Assembly: GCA_963760795.1 (NCBI GenBank)
Contig: CAVXEP010000029.1
Location: 416,001-480,000, forward strand
DNA from: an uncultured delta proteobacterium
GTDB taxonomy: Bacteria > Desulfobacterota > Binatia > UBA9968
Length of the DNA: 64,000 nt
Direction of reading: 5' to 3'
The notes under the pieces are model-generated. The model searched no databases, was not told the DNA's origin, and saw nothing but the letters and a program-made list of their open reading frames with translations. The translations under genes and the position numbers were made by a program. Shown here in pieces: positions 1 through 10,483 of the stretch (position 1 is the stretch's first letter; every line of letters starts with the position of its first letter).

Positions 1-933
1 GTGCCCGAGGTCGCCGAGTTGCTAAAATTAGCTGCCGATCGATTCATCAAGACGCTGGTTTACAAAACCGATGGCGGCGACTTGATCGCGGCGCTGGTGC
101 GCGGCGATCATGAAATCAACGAACTGAAACTGCGCACGGTGCTAGGTTGCCGCGAAGTAACCCTAGCCGACGAAACCGCGGTGATGGCGGCGACTGGTGT
201 GGCGCCCGGCTATTTGGGGCCGATTGGTTTGAAGTTACGCATCGTCGCCGATCTGTCGGTGCATGGCATGCGCGGCGCGGTCACCGGCGCCAACGAAGCC
301 AATTTCCATTATATCGATATCGATCAGGAGCGCGACTTCACGCCGAGCGCGTTCGCCGACTTGCGCCTCGCCGTGGCGGGCGATCCTTGTCCGCGCTGTG
401 AGTCGGGCAAGCTGCAGACCCATCGCGGCATTGAAGTGGGCCAAGTTTTTTATCTCGGCACCAAGTACAGCGAGAAGATGGGCGCGACTTATCTCGACGC
501 CGAAGGCCGCGAGCAGGCCATCGAGATGGGCTGTTATGGCATCGGCATCAGCCGCATGGTCGCAGCCGCGGTCGAGCAAAACCACGATGACAACGGCATC
601 ATCTGGCCGTTGTCCATCGCACCGTTTCAGGTGCTCGTGCTGCCGATCAATTACAAAGAAGAAAAACTGCGCGATGCCGCCGAAAAACTCTATCTAGATT
701 TGCAGCGCGCCGGCGTTGAAGTGATGCTCGACGATCGCGATGAGCGCGCCGGGGTCAAGTTCAAGGACGCCGATCTGATCGGCATTCCGTTGCGCATCAC
801 CATCGGCGCCAAGGCCCTAGACAAAGGCTGTATCGAGCTGCGTAGCCGGCGCGACGGAAAGACCAACGAAGTCGCGCTCGGCGATGCGATAAAAACCATT
901 CAAACCATCATCTCCCAGGCGGTTCAGGGATAA
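1..933 (+). CDS. proS: Proline--tRNA ligase, C-terminal part (5' end outside window)
   Basis: INS editing domain remainder, RGIEVGQVFYLGTKYS, MGCYGIGISR (motif 3), and anticodon-binding domain (DDRDERAGVKFKDADLIGIP). Confidence 0.97.
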   Translation: MPEVAELLKLAADRFIKTLVYKTDGGDLIAALVRGDHEINELKLRTVLGCREVTLADETAVMAATGVAPGYLGPIGLKLRIVADLSVHGMRGAVTGANEANFHYIDIDQERDFTPSAFADLRLAVAGDPCPRCESGKLQTHRGIEVGQVFYLGTKYSEKMGATYLDAEGREQAIEMGCYGIGISRMVAAAVEQNHDDNGIIWPLSIAPFQVLVLPINYKEEKLRDAAEKLYLDLQRAGVEVMLDDRDERAGVKFKDADLIGIPLRITIGAKALDKGCIELRSRRDGKTNEVALGDAIKTIQTIISQAVQG

Positions 934-936
934 GCC

Positions 937-1690
937 ATGACCTCGAAGCTCGAGCTGGTACGTAAACATGGTTCCATGCGCGAGCGATTGATCGTTGCCC
1001 TGGACGTCGATAATTTGGAACAAGCTGCCGAGTTTAGTGCGCCAGCTCGCCGGCGAAGTCGGCATGTTTAAGATCGGCAAGCAGCTTTTCACCCACGCCG
1101 GGCCGCAGGCGGTGCGGCAGATTCAAGAGCTGGGCGGCGAGATATTTCTCGACCTCAAGTTCCACGATATTCCCAACACAGTAGCGAAAGCGGCCATCGA
1201 AGCGACCCGGCTCGGCGTGAAAATGTTCAATGTTCATGCGTCGGGCAGCTTGGAGATGATGCGCCTGACGGTCAAGGAAGTAAGACGGGTGTGCCGGCAG
1301 CAAAAGCTGCGCAAGCCGATCATGCTGGCGGTCACCGTGTTGACGAGTTTGAACCAAGACGATCTGCAGCGCGTCGGCGTCGAGCGCAAGGTCGCCGATC
1401 AGGTGGTGCGATTAGCTCTGCTTACCAAGGAAGCGGGGATGGAAGGTGTCGTCGCTTCGCCTCATGAAGTCGCGGATATCCGCGAGGCCTGCGGCCGGCG
1501 CTTCGTCATCGTCACGCCGGGGATTCGCCCGTCGGACGGCAATCGCAACGACCAGCAACGCGTCATGACGCCGCAAGACGCCGTACGCGGCGGCATCGAC
1601 TACATCGTCGTCGGCCGGCCGATCATCGAAGCCAAAGATCCGGTGGCCGCCGCCCGCGCCATCGTCGCCGACATGCAGCTGGGCAAGTAG
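937..1690 (+). CDS. pyrF: Orotidine-5'-phosphate decarboxylase, with an apparent +1 frameshift at TTT 1033-1035
   Basis: The N-terminus MTSKLELVRKHGSMRERLIVALDVDNLEQAAE reads from ATG 937. LVRQLAGEVGMFKIG, DLKFHDIPNTV and VTPGIR are in the next frame (ORF 995-1690). Removing one T joins them. Confidence 0.93.
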
Positions 1691-1761
1691 CCGCGCTGGC
1701 GCGCGGCATTTCAAATTCCCAATATCATATTTCAAAATTCGGGTGGGCGGAGATTCGCCTG

Positions 1762-2556
1762 CTACGCTTTCCAATACCGAAAGAAATGATGCACCGGGCT
1801 GTGGCCTGCGCCGATGCGGTAGCTGTGGCGCAGCGCATCGGTGATGTAGCGTTTGGCGTTGGTCACTGCCGTTTCGATCTTCTGGCCCTTGGCCAGGTTC
1901 GCCGCGATGGCGGCGGAGAGAGTGCAGCCGGTGCCGTGGGTGTTTTTGGTGCGGATGCGTGGTGCCTTGAGTGCGGTGAAATTTTTACCATCGTAAAAAA
2001 TATCCATGGCTGGACCTTTGAGATGGCCGCCTTTGATGAGCACGGTTTTTGCGCCCATCTGGACGATTCGTTTTGCCGCTTCGCGAATTTCATCTACGCT
2101 GCGAAGCTTCATGCCGGTGAGCACCTCGGCTTCTGGGATATTTGGAGTCACCACGCCCGCCAAGGGAACCAGTTTGCTGCGCAGCGCGGCGACGGCGCTT
2201 TTTTCGATCAGCAAATCGCCCGAGGTAGCGACCATCACCGGATCGACGACTATATTCTTTAAGCGATGCTGGCGAATCTTGTTTGCCACTAGGCCGATGA
2301 TCGCAGCGTTGGCGAGCATACCGGTCTTCACCGCATGGGCGCCGATGTCGGCGATGATCGCGTCGATCTGCGCGCCGACGAGTTTGGCATTGACGGCCAA
2401 CACCGCCGTGACGCCAATGGTGTTCTGCGCCGTGATCGCGGTGATCGCCGAGGTGCCGTAGACGCCAAGGGCGGCGAAGGTTTTCAGATCGGCTTGGATG
2501 CCGGCGCCGGCGCCGGAGTCCGAGCCAGCAATGGTGAGGGCTTTGCGGATGGTCAT
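1762..2556 (-). CDS. thiD: Hydroxymethylpyrimidine/phosphomethylpyrimidine kinase
   Basis: [33 protein letters not shown] and [13 protein letters not shown] motifs. Confidence 0.96.
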   Translation of the reverse strand: MTIRKALTIAGSDSGAGAGIQADLKTFAALGVYGTSAITAITAQNTIGVTAVLAVNAKLVGAQIDAIIADIGAHAVKTGMLANAAIIGLVANKIRQHRLKNIVVDPVMVATSGDLLIEKSAVAALRSKLVPLAGVVTPNIPEAEVLTGMKLRSVDEIREAAKRIVQMGAKTVLIKGGHLKGPAMDIFYDGKNFTALKAPRIRTKNTHGTGCTLSAAIAANLAKGQKIETAVTNAKRYITDALRHSYRIGAGHSPVHHFFRYWKA

Positions 2557-2558
2557 GA

Positions 2559-2766
2559 TTATTTCGCGTTGCGCATGATCAGTCGGTTTTAGAGTTGCAC
2601 GAGTTCAGCGGTGCGCTCGCGCCATTTCTCGTGGGATACCACTGGTTATTTACGTTGTCCGGGATCGACTTGATACTTCACGTCTTTGCGGTTCATCGAG
2701 CGCTCCTGGTTGGCCATGATCTCTTGGGTTTTCGTCGTCAGCATGAAGTCGACGAAGAGCGCCGCG
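2559..2766 (-). pseudogene. 3'-end remnant of an extracellular solute-binding protein gene
   Basis: Reads [66 protein letters not shown], with two in-frame stops. It resembles the AxxFxDyxLSxEGQ C-terminus of the SBP at 53444. Confidence 0.55.
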
Positions 2767-2983
2767 ACACCAAGGGCAGGTCCATGGCCGAGGCATAGGG
2801 CCGGCAGAAGCCTAGTTTTCGCCGCGACACTATCGGCCAACTGGAAGCCACCGGTGAATTCTCCATCATGGTGACATGGCGAGCACCTCCATGGACGGTA
2901 TATTACGCGTGCTTCCGGACTGTCAATTCGATTGCTCGGGCAAAGTTGAGGTGCTACGTGTAAGGACGTTGACGGTGGTTTTC

Positions 2984-3838
2984 ATGAGCGCAAATGACAA
3001 TTCACAAAATGATATTCGCCTCGATGTGCCGTATGGCGGCGGGCCGGCGGGAAATCTTTGTGTCGATCTCTATTTGCCGAATCGCCCGGGAACGCATCCG
3101 GCACTGCTCTGTCTGCACGGCGGCGCGTGGCTGCGCGGGTCGCAGCGGCAATACAAGAGCTGGGGGCCATGGCTGGCTGAGCGAGGCTATGCCGTAGTGG
3201 CGCTCGACTATCGTCTGTCGAGCCAAGTGAGTCCGGCGTGGCCGGGCGTGTGGGAAGATGTCTGCCGCGCGTTACAGTGGTTGATCGACCAAGCCCCAAC
3301 GCTCAATCTCGATCCATTGCGGCTCGGCGCCATCGGCGACTCCGCCGGCGGCCACATGGCAGCGATGCTGTCGCTGCATGAAGCCACGGCGAAACATATT
3401 CGCGCAATGGTCGGGGTTTACGGTATTTACGATTTGCCGGATTGGTGGCGCGTCACCCAGCCGCCCAAGCGCACCGACGATCCAGTGAAACAGCTCATGG
3501 GCAAATCCTACGCCGAGGCGAAAGCGGACTACGAAAACTTCTCACCGCTGCACCGCGTGCAAGCGTTGAAAGCGCGGCCCGGCGCCGGTTATTTAATTAT
3601 CCACGGTGACGAAGACGCCATCGTGCATCACAATCAATCGGAGCGTTTCATCGCCGCGTTGCGTGAGAAGGCAGCCAGTGTCGAAGGCATGCTGATCCCC
3701 GGCGCCGGCCATCACTGGTTTACCGCTCGTGACGACAATCCGGCGCGCCGACGCGTCGATGAGGAGCCGAATGTCACGGTGGCGCCGGTGCTGCTGCGGT
3801 TTCTGCAGCGGACTCTACGTCGGGGAAGTAAGGAGTGA
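2984..3838 (+). CDS. Alpha/beta hydrolase (HSL-like esterase)
   Basis: LHGGAW oxyanion motif, GDSAGG nucleophile elbow, IIHGDED and GAGH. Start placed at ATG 2984 within ORF 2876-3838. Confidence 0.88.
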   Translation: MSANDNSQNDIRLDVPYGGGPAGNLCVDLYLPNRPGTHPALLCLHGGAWLRGSQRQYKSWGPWLAERGYAVVALDYRLSSQVSPAWPGVWEDVCRALQWLIDQAPTLNLDPLRLGAIGDSAGGHMAAMLSLHEATAKHIRAMVGVYGIYDLPDWWRVTQPPKRTDDPVKQLMGKSYAEAKADYENFSPLHRVQALKARPGAGYLIIHGDEDAIVHHNQSERFIAALREKAASVEGMLIPGAGHHWFTARDDNPARRRVDEEPNVTVAPVLLRFLQRTLRRGSKE

Positions 3839-3902
3839 ATAGTGAGGAGCGAGGAGGCTCGGATCGGAATCTTACTTGAAACGCTTTCAAGGAGAAAACA
3901 CG

Positions 3903-4804
3903 ATGAGCAACGATGCAAGTATCCTGACACTTAGAACGCTGCTCGGCGATTATCCCGAACACCAAGGCGCTCAAGACCGGCGATATTCGTTCACTCGTCC
4001 GTGTCGCATTCGATGTTCGCGGACGTGAAGGTGCCGAATACAGCCTTTAAAGATGTCGTGCGCCATTTGAAATACGATGTCGCCGAGTTGGCGATCGTAA
4101 CGTTTTTGCAGGCGAAGGCGCATGGCAAACCGCTGGTGCTTCTGCCCGCGGTGATCGTCGGCGCATTGCCGCATCCGTTTCTGGTTTGCAATGCCGAGCG
4201 CGGACGGATTGCACCCGCTGATCTCAAAGGGAAGCGCGTTGGCATCCGCGCTTATTCGGTCACGACAGCGGCTTGGGTTCGCGGCGTCTTACAGAACGAA
4301 TATCGAGTTGATCTCAACAGCATCAATTGGGTGACCTTCGAAGACCCCCATGTCGCGGAATATTCCGATCCGCCTACGGCAGTGCGCGCGCCGGCCGGTA
4401 AGTCGCTGGTGCAGATGCTCATCGACGGCGAGATCGACGCCGGCGTGGTCGGCGGTCCTGATCTAAAGGATTCGCGCTTGCAGCCGGTGATACCAAACCC
4501 CAACGAAGCGGCGCAAGCGTGGTGTAAGAAACATGGCGCGCTGCCGATCAATCACATGCTGGTTGTCAAAGAGTCGCTGGTGCAATCGAATCCGGCGGCG
4601 GTAAAAGAAGTTTTCCGGGTGGTTCGCGAAAGTAAACAAGCGATGTCACCCGCGGGCACTGCGCTCGATCCGATTCAGTTCGGATTGGCAAGCATTCGCC
4701 GCAGCCTGGAGCTGATCGTCGAGTATTCGACACAGCAAGGTTTGATTCCGCTAAAGGTTCCGGTGGATGATTTGTTCGACGATAGGACACGGAATCTGCT
4801 TTGA
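3903..4804 (+). CDS. 4,5-dihydroxyphthalate decarboxylase-like protein (PBP type-2 fold), with two apparent +1 frameshifts near 3954 and 4015
   Basis: After GGAGA RBS, ATG 3903 gives MSNDASILTLRTLLGDYP, then NTKALKTGDIRS..VAFD, then FADVKVPNTAFK..YDVAELA..DLKGKRVGIRAYSVTT..PINHMLVV. No signal peptide. Confidence 0.72.
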
Positions 4805-4860
4805 GCTTACGAAAACTTAGACGTCATTAGGCTGTGGTACGAACATGTTAGGAGCAAACC

Positions 4861-5568
4861 ATGAAACTGATCGGACTGATTTCGCCTAACTCGAGCGAAG
4901 ATACGTTGGCGGACGTTTACAATATTTTCCCCAAGGACATTCGCATCGAAGCGCGGAACTTGCATGTCGCTAAGTACACCGACGATGAATTTCACCGCGC
5001 CGAGTTGACCTTCCAAGGACTCGTCCGTGATTTGGTTAAGCAGCCGTTGGATTTTCTGATGGTCACCGGCGAACTGTTTCTCTCTTACAAAGGGCCGGGT
5101 TCGGATCGGGAAATCCTCGATCTGGTCAAACAGATCACGCCGACGCCGGCTTCGACGGTATTGACCGCGGTGACGCGCGGTTGCCGCGCACTGGGACTCA
5201 AGCGCGTGGTGATGGCTTCGCCATTCCCCGAGGACCAAGACGAGCGGCTGGTGAAATTTCTCGCCCACGACGGCATCGATGTCGTGGGCTTTCGCGGCTT
5301 GGGCTGCCCCAACGCCGAAGTGATTTGGCAACTGGCGCCGGAAACCGGTTACGACTTGTCGATGGCGCTGTTGCGCGAACATCCCGAGGTCGACGGCGTC
5401 TACATGCCGTGCAACAAGTGGCGCACGGTTTCCGTCATTGAGCGCATCGAGAAAGACAGCGGCAAACCGGTGGTGACCAATACTCAGGCGTGGACCTGGG
5501 AGGCGCTGCACGCGATGGGCATGCGCGAGCCGATTACTGGCTTCGGCCGGCTGTTGCGGCATGGGTAA
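4861..5568 (+). CDS. Maleate cis-trans isomerase / arylmalonate decarboxylase (Asp/Glu racemase) family protein
   Basis: IGLISP, ALGLKRVVMASPF, DGVYMPCNKW and GKPVVTNTQA. AGGAG RBS. Confidence 0.82.
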   Translation: MKLIGLISPNSSEDTLADVYNIFPKDIRIEARNLHVAKYTDDEFHRAELTFQGLVRDLVKQPLDFLMVTGELFLSYKGPGSDREILDLVKQITPTPASTVLTAVTRGCRALGLKRVVMASPFPEDQDERLVKFLAHDGIDVVGFRGLGCPNAEVIWQLAPETGYDLSMALLREHPEVDGVYMPCNKWRTVSVIERIEKDSGKPVVTNTQAWTWEALHAMGMREPITGFGRLLRHG

Positions 5569-5595
5569 TTATTTGAAGAACAATCGCTCTCCGAC

Positions 5596-6624
5596 TTACG
5601 ACCCCTTCAATTCATACAAGAGAAGCTGATGCTCGCGCCGATTCATGTTGGCGTAGCTGAAGCCGATAGCACCCTTCGTGCCGATAACTACATGCGGGTC
5701 TGCACATGTATCCCTGGACCGATCGCAGAAGCGCTCGTGAAACACGAGCCGGTTAGTGGAGAGATCGAAGATCGCGAACGACACGTCTGTCGGTCCGCGC
5801 CATTCGAGCCGCTGTGCGAGGGCGAGATAACGGCCGTCCGGCGTGCGGGCGATTGCTTCGATGCGATCGAATCCGCCGAGGGGCGTCGCGACTACGCGAT
5901 GGACCAAGGTTTTCGTCCGCTTCGACGGATTGATTTCGTACAGTCCGCCTTGGCGCGCCGTCAGCGTGACGTTTGCTTCAAAGACATAAAGTGTGTTGCG
6001 CACCGGGTGATAGAAGGCCGCACCCGTATAAGTGTGTAAAGGAACGGCTCGGGAATCCGCTGCAATCGCTCGAGTCGCCGCGGGCATGAGTGTCTCGCCG
6101 GTCTTGGGCGACCAAACTTCGAGCGAGCTCAGTACCAGCCCGTCAGTCGACGCGCCGATGAGACGCTGATCGATCCGGTACGTTCCAGATGGGAATGCTG
6201 TCTGCCGTTCCCATGATTTCTTGCCGTCGCTATCAATTCCAATGAGCGCAATCTCCGTCGGCGTTCCTTCCCGGCTGCACAGCCGCTCGTCCACTCTTGG
6301 CGCCAACAGTTTGGTTTGGCGCGGATGGATGGGATAGCCGTTGGTGTTCTGTTGGGGCGGCTGAGTATCGCAAGCGCCGGTTGCTTCCGTGTGCACCAAG
6401 GCATTTGCCCATCGCAGTTGGCCGGTCTGATCGAAGAAGGGCCAGTTCACGCGCGGCGCGGCTGGTTCTCCTGGGCTTCCGGGGAATGCAATGGTTTGCA
6501 CTGTGCGCTTGAGTAGTTGGATTGAGTTAGCGCTTGCGCCGAATGACCGCTTTGAATCAACACTCGCGCTAAGCGTTAATCCAACTCCCATCGACAGGAG
6601 CACCGAGGTGGACAATCGGGCCAT
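5596..6624 (-). CDS. Hypothetical secreted protein, probably beta-propeller-like
   Basis: 342-aa ORF with hydrophobic N-terminus, beta-rich sequence and a WD-like motif (IARTPDGRYLALA). Confidence 0.55.
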   Translation of the reverse strand: MARLSTSVLLSMGVGLTLSASVDSKRSFGASANSIQLLKRTVQTIAFPGSPGEPAAPRVNWPFFDQTGQLRWANALVHTEATGACDTQPPQQNTNGYPIHPRQTKLLAPRVDERLCSREGTPTEIALIGIDSDGKKSWERQTAFPSGTYRIDQRLIGASTDGLVLSSLEVWSPKTGETLMPAATRAIAADSRAVPLHTYTGAAFYHPVRNTLYVFEANVTLTARQGGLYEINPSKRTKTLVHRVVATPLGGFDRIEAIARTPDGRYLALAQRLEWRGPTDVSFAIFDLSTNRLVFHERFCDRSRDTCADPHVVIGTKGAIGFSYANMNRREHQLLLYELKGS

Positions 6625-6662
6625 GCAAAATTCAAGAAAGACGATTGGCAGCTGGAACAGGC

Positions 6663-7625
6663 TCAGTGCTTAGCGCGCCCCAGAGCCTTCGCTGCGAAAC
6701 TAAAATCGAATACTTGGCTCGGCGCGACTTCTTTGGTCAGGCCCATGCTCTTCTTGGTGAACTCGATGGCGCCGCGCATCCAAGCGTCGTCGAGATAGCT
6801 CAATCCGCCGAGACGGCTGAGTTGGAGATCGTAAACTTCCGTTGCCAAGGAACGGTCCTTGATGCCGAGATACTTGGAAATTATATCGATGGACTCGTTG
6901 CGATGTTGCGCGAAGTACTGCTGTCCCTTCAAGCTGGCGCGGACAAAGCCCAAGACTTCAGCGGGATGGTTCTTGATTTTCTCTTCCGTCGTGCCGACGC
7001 CGCCGGTGGGGTAGCTGCTCAGATAATCGCCGGAATACGCCAGCTTGGTGAAGCCGTCGCGGTAAAGGATCAGTTGGCGCGGTTGGGTGAGCAGACAGGC
7101 GGCGATGCGGCCGGTTCTCAGCGCGGTCACCAACTCCTCGGGGCTGCCGATGACAATCAACGTCGCATCCTTGTTCGCGGTCACCCCATGCTGGGCAAGA
7201 ATCGTCTGCGTCAGGATGTCCACCGCGCCGCCGCGCGACGAGATGCCGACGACCTTACCTTTCAACTGCGCCACCGCTTTGATGTCGGGTTGACCGACCA
7301 GATCGAATTGCGGTCTGGAATTGACGACCAGGACGAGTCGCACCGGCACGCCGCGGGTCGCCCCGGCAATGATCGATCCCGCCGCCGAGGTATAATCCAC
7401 CGAACCGCCGAGCAGCGCCTGCATGCCGACGGCGCCGCGAATTAATATAATTTCGACGTCGAGCCCCTCGTCGCGATAGAAACCTTTGAGCAGGGCGATT
7501 CTAAATTGCAGCTCGGTTACGGCAACCGAAGTCGCCGACAAACGCACCTTTTTCAACTGCGCCGGCGCCGGCGCGGCAGTGAAAACGAAAACGAGCGCAA
7601 TGAACGCTCCGATCATTTTACCCAT
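6663..7625 (-). CDS. ABC transporter substrate-binding protein (NMT1/SsuA-like)
   Basis: Signal peptide, GFYRDEGLDVE, ALLGGSVD, LKGKVVGISS and FDFSF. Confidence 0.9.
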   Translation of the reverse strand: MGKMIGAFIALVFVFTAAPAPAQLKKVRLSATSVAVTELQFRIALLKGFYRDEGLDVEIILIRGAVGMQALLGGSVDYTSAAGSIIAGATRGVPVRLVLVVNSRPQFDLVGQPDIKAVAQLKGKVVGISSRGGAVDILTQTILAQHGVTANKDATLIVIGSPEELVTALRTGRIAACLLTQPRQLILYRDGFTKLAYSGDYLSSYPTGGVGTTEEKIKNHPAEVLGFVRASLKGQQYFAQHRNESIDIISKYLGIKDRSLATEVYDLQLSRLGGLSYLDDAWMRGAIEFTKKSMGLTKEVAPSQVFDFSFAAKALGRAKH

Positions 7626-7718
7626 AGTTGATTCCAAACTCCTCGATAGTTGCGAACCCTAGCAAGGGGGCCAACCGTCGTCAAATAGCGGCGTGAATTG
7701 AAAGTCGACTGCTGCCTC

Positions 7719-7830
7719 CGTCATTCCCGTGAAAACGGCAAGGGAATCCAGGTACGCCGCTGTTGTCGCGCCCCTCTCGTCATACCGGGCGCAGACCCAT
7801 CTCGTTATACTGGTGCAGGACGGTATCCAT
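7719..7830. repeat. CGTC-tagged REP-like palindromes
   Basis: CGTCATTCCCGTGAAAACGG..GGGAATCCAG and CGTCATACCGGGCGCAGACC..CGGTATCCAT, related to the copy at 62897. Confidence 0.6.
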
Positions 7831-7942
7831 CTTCGTTGCCATTGAATCCGAGAGACCGACGATCACAGGCTCTCGTGCTTGACAACCCAAGCGCGAGCGA
7901 ACTAGATGGAAACAAATCATCTGCAAACCAAGGAGTGCGCCT

Positions 7943-8755
7943 ATGTTCGCCCGCATTCGCCATCTCGCCAGCCACACGGAACGTTACGACACCATGTCCA
8001 GATTCTACGGAACTATATTTGGCATGAAGCAAATCACCACCGGGTTGATGGACGAAAGCAGCAAAGCCAACGCCGAACGCGGCCACATCAGCGACGGCGT
8101 CATCGGCATGGCGCTGCTCGCCAAGCGCGCCGGCAGCGGCCAGGGGCTCGATCACTTCGGTTTCGAAGTCGAAGATATCCGCGAAGCGGTCGAGCGGATC
8201 GATCGGTTCTATCCGGAACTCATGCATACCAAAGCACTGGCCTATGTGCCCTTCGCCGGCATTCGCGCCCAGGACCCCATCGGCATACAGTTCGATCTGG
8301 CGCAAAAAGGCCAAGCCAACGTCCGCGAAGGCTACCTGAGCGACGGCTGGGAGCAACCGCGCTGGCTCAATCACATTGCCCTGCGCGCCCGCGAGCCGGA
8401 AAGAGTCGCCGAGTTTTACAGTAAAATCTTAGAGCTCAAAGGGGTTGAAGCAGGCGGGGAAGCCGGGTCGATCATGCTCACCGACGGCAAAGTTCGCTTG
8501 ATCGTTCGGCGCTGCCACAACGGTTTCTATCGCACCATGCGCCAGGGCTTCGATCACATCGGTTTCAAAGTCGACAGTATCGAGAAGACCATCCAGGAAC
8601 TAACGGATCTCGCCGCCGCGTTCCCCGAGTGCGCCGCGAAAAAAATCGCCGGCGGCGTCCAAGGCGGCGCCATTGCCAAGGATCTCCAAGCTTGTCCCAT
8701 CGGTAAACACGCCTTCGCCGACCCGGACGGCGTGCTGGTGGATATTTGCGAATAA
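7943..8755 (+). CDS. VOC (glyoxalase/extradiol dioxygenase) family protein, two domains
   Basis: RIRHLA, GLDHFGFEVED, LNHIAL, GFDHIGFKVD and ADPDGVLVD. AAGGAG RBS. Confidence 0.87.
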   Translation: MFARIRHLASHTERYDTMSRFYGTIFGMKQITTGLMDESSKANAERGHISDGVIGMALLAKRAGSGQGLDHFGFEVEDIREAVERIDRFYPELMHTKALAYVPFAGIRAQDPIGIQFDLAQKGQANVREGYLSDGWEQPRWLNHIALRAREPERVAEFYSKILELKGVEAGGEAGSIMLTDGKVRLIVRRCHNGFYRTMRQGFDHIGFKVDSIEKTIQELTDLAAAFPECAAKKIAGGVQGGAIAKDLQACPIGKHAFADPDGVLVDICE

Positions 8756-8759
8756 AAAG

Positions 8760-9030
8760 CCACGGAGGAGAGCACAGAGAACAAGATTGATTCGGATAAA
8801 TTAACCGCAAAGCATGTCCTGAGCGAAGGCGAAGGAGCTGAGCCGCGCAAAGAACGCGAAAAGGGAATCCGGATTATCTCCCGCCAAGACGCCAAGGCGC
8901 AAGGGTGACGGGCCGATGCCCATCATCCCGAGTGAATGCTAGGGATCTAAGAAAGGTTTCTCCTCTCGGTCGAAATGACAACAAATCCGAAGTTCGCGTC
9001 TTTGCGCCCCCTGCGGGAGGAATATTCGCA
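8760..9030. repeat. Nested intergenic palindromic repeat mosaic
   Basis: TCCCGCCAAGACGCCAAGGCGCAAGG ... CGCGTCTTTGCGCCCCCTGCGGGAG arms enclose CATCATCCCGAGTGAATGCTAGGGATCT ... TTTCTCCTCTCGGTCGAAATGACA. Also TGTCCTGAGCGAAGGCGAAGGA. Confidence 0.65.
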
Positions 9031-9058
9031 TTCCAACTCTTCATCGCCACAATCGCTG

Positions 9059-10078
9059 ATGGCAAAAATTCTCGCAACTTTAGTCTGCCTGGGTTTTTCT
9101 CTTATCATTTGCACAGACCTGCGCGCTGCGGCGGCAAGGCCGAAGGTGGTCATTGCCCATGCCGCGATGAATTTCCGTGTGACACCCCTTTGGGTCGCGC
9201 AAGATCAGGGATTCTTCGCCAAATACGGTATCGACTCGGAGGTCATCTACATGCGCGGCGGGCCGACGTTGCTGTCCGGCATGTTATCGGGCGATATCCA
9301 AATCGGCTGGACCGCTAGTGGCATCATCGCGCCGATCGCCGAAGGCGCCGACTTCGTTATTGTCGCCGGTTTCAACAACCGGGTTACCGACGATCTGATC
9401 GTCCGACCCGGCATCAGGCGGCCGGAAGATTTGCGCGGTAAACGCTTCGGCGTGCAGAGCATCGGCGGTGGCGGTTGGATGGGCGTTATGCTTGGTTTGG
9501 AATCGTTGGGATTGGAACCGCGGCGCGACGATATCCGTATCTTGGTCATCGGCGATTCCACCGTTCGCGGTCAAGCGCTCGAAGGCGGATTGATCGACGC
9601 CACTTCTCTCGACGGCGCCTTTAGCCGCAAGGCGAAAGCCAAAGGCTTCGTCACGCTGGCCGATTTTTCTCAGTCCAATATACCGATCATGAACCATCTG
9701 ATGGCAGTCAAAAAAAGTTATCTGCAGCGTCAGCCGGAGATCGTCGAAAACGTTTTGCGTGCGCTCATCGAGGGGCTGGCTTTTACCTGGTCGCCGAAAA
9801 GTAAAAGCGCCGTGCTCAAGAGCGTCATGCGGTGGCTGAGAATTACCGAGATGGCTCTCGCCGAAGACGGCTACCAGGAATTACTGACGCGCGGCGGCCT
9901 CGAAAAAAAACCATATCCCTCCCTGGAGGGAATGCGTAACGTGCAGCGCCTGATGCAGAGCAGCAACCCGCGCGTTGGCGAGATCAAACTGGAGGAGATC
10001 ATCGACCGCAGCATCATGCGCAAACTCGATGACAGCGGCTTTATTGATCGAATGTATAGCGTTTATCCGGCAAAGTGA
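9059..10078 (+). CDS. ABC transporter substrate-binding protein (NMT1/SsuA-like)
   Basis: Signal peptide, PLWVAQDQGFFAKYG, DLRGKRFGVQSIGGG, KPYPSLEG and RKLDDSGFID. Confidence 0.9.
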   Translation: MAKILATLVCLGFSLIICTDLRAAAARPKVVIAHAAMNFRVTPLWVAQDQGFFAKYGIDSEVIYMRGGPTLLSGMLSGDIQIGWTASGIIAPIAEGADFVIVAGFNNRVTDDLIVRPGIRRPEDLRGKRFGVQSIGGGGWMGVMLGLESLGLEPRRDDIRILVIGDSTVRGQALEGGLIDATSLDGAFSRKAKAKGFVTLADFSQSNIPIMNHLMAVKKSYLQRQPEIVENVLRALIEGLAFTWSPKSKSAVLKSVMRWLRITEMALAEDGYQELLTRGGLEKKPYPSLEGMRNVQRLMQSSNPRVGEIKLEEIIDRSIMRKLDDSGFIDRMYSVYPAK

Positions 10079-10285
10079 TCGCGTCTCTTACTGGTCCTTG
10101 CCAATGTCAATAAGAGAGCTGGGCAAAAGCGTACTGATTCAATCATTGAACGGATCGAAAATGACAGCCGCACCCGACGGTGACTAGGAGCCAGGCGTGA
10201 ACCAGGGAGACGTTAGACGGGTCAGCACTTCGCCATGCGCTCGCCAGCCATGACCGGCACTCGCGCTTAAAGTTAAGATCCGCGC

Positions 10286-10483
10286 CTAAATGACCTGCTG
10301 CAACAGAGCAACTGCCCGGTCGCGGACGTGGCGCGCGTGCGCTACACCAGCCTTGAACCGTTCTTCAGCATTGCGCTCTTCTTCCACCTTGCCCTGAGCA
10401 GCGGTGAATGATTCGAAGAATACTCTATACATGAGCTGTATCGTTGCACCGTAGGCTTCCACAACATGTGCTTTGTCATCCAT
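10286..10483 (-). CDS. Small hypothetical protein (65 aa)
   Basis: Strong GGAGGAGGAG RBS 7 nt before the ATG; helical-looking sequence. Confidence 0.55.
   Translation of the reverse strand: MDDKAHVVEAYGATIQLMYRVFFESFTAAQGKVEEERNAEERFKAGVAHARHVRDRAVALLQQVI

Noticed and set aside
1033-1035. Programmed ribosomal frameshifting in pyrF and the other split genes
   Set aside because: There are no slippery heptamers or shared stimulatory signals, and the uniform +1 pattern fits sequencing error better.
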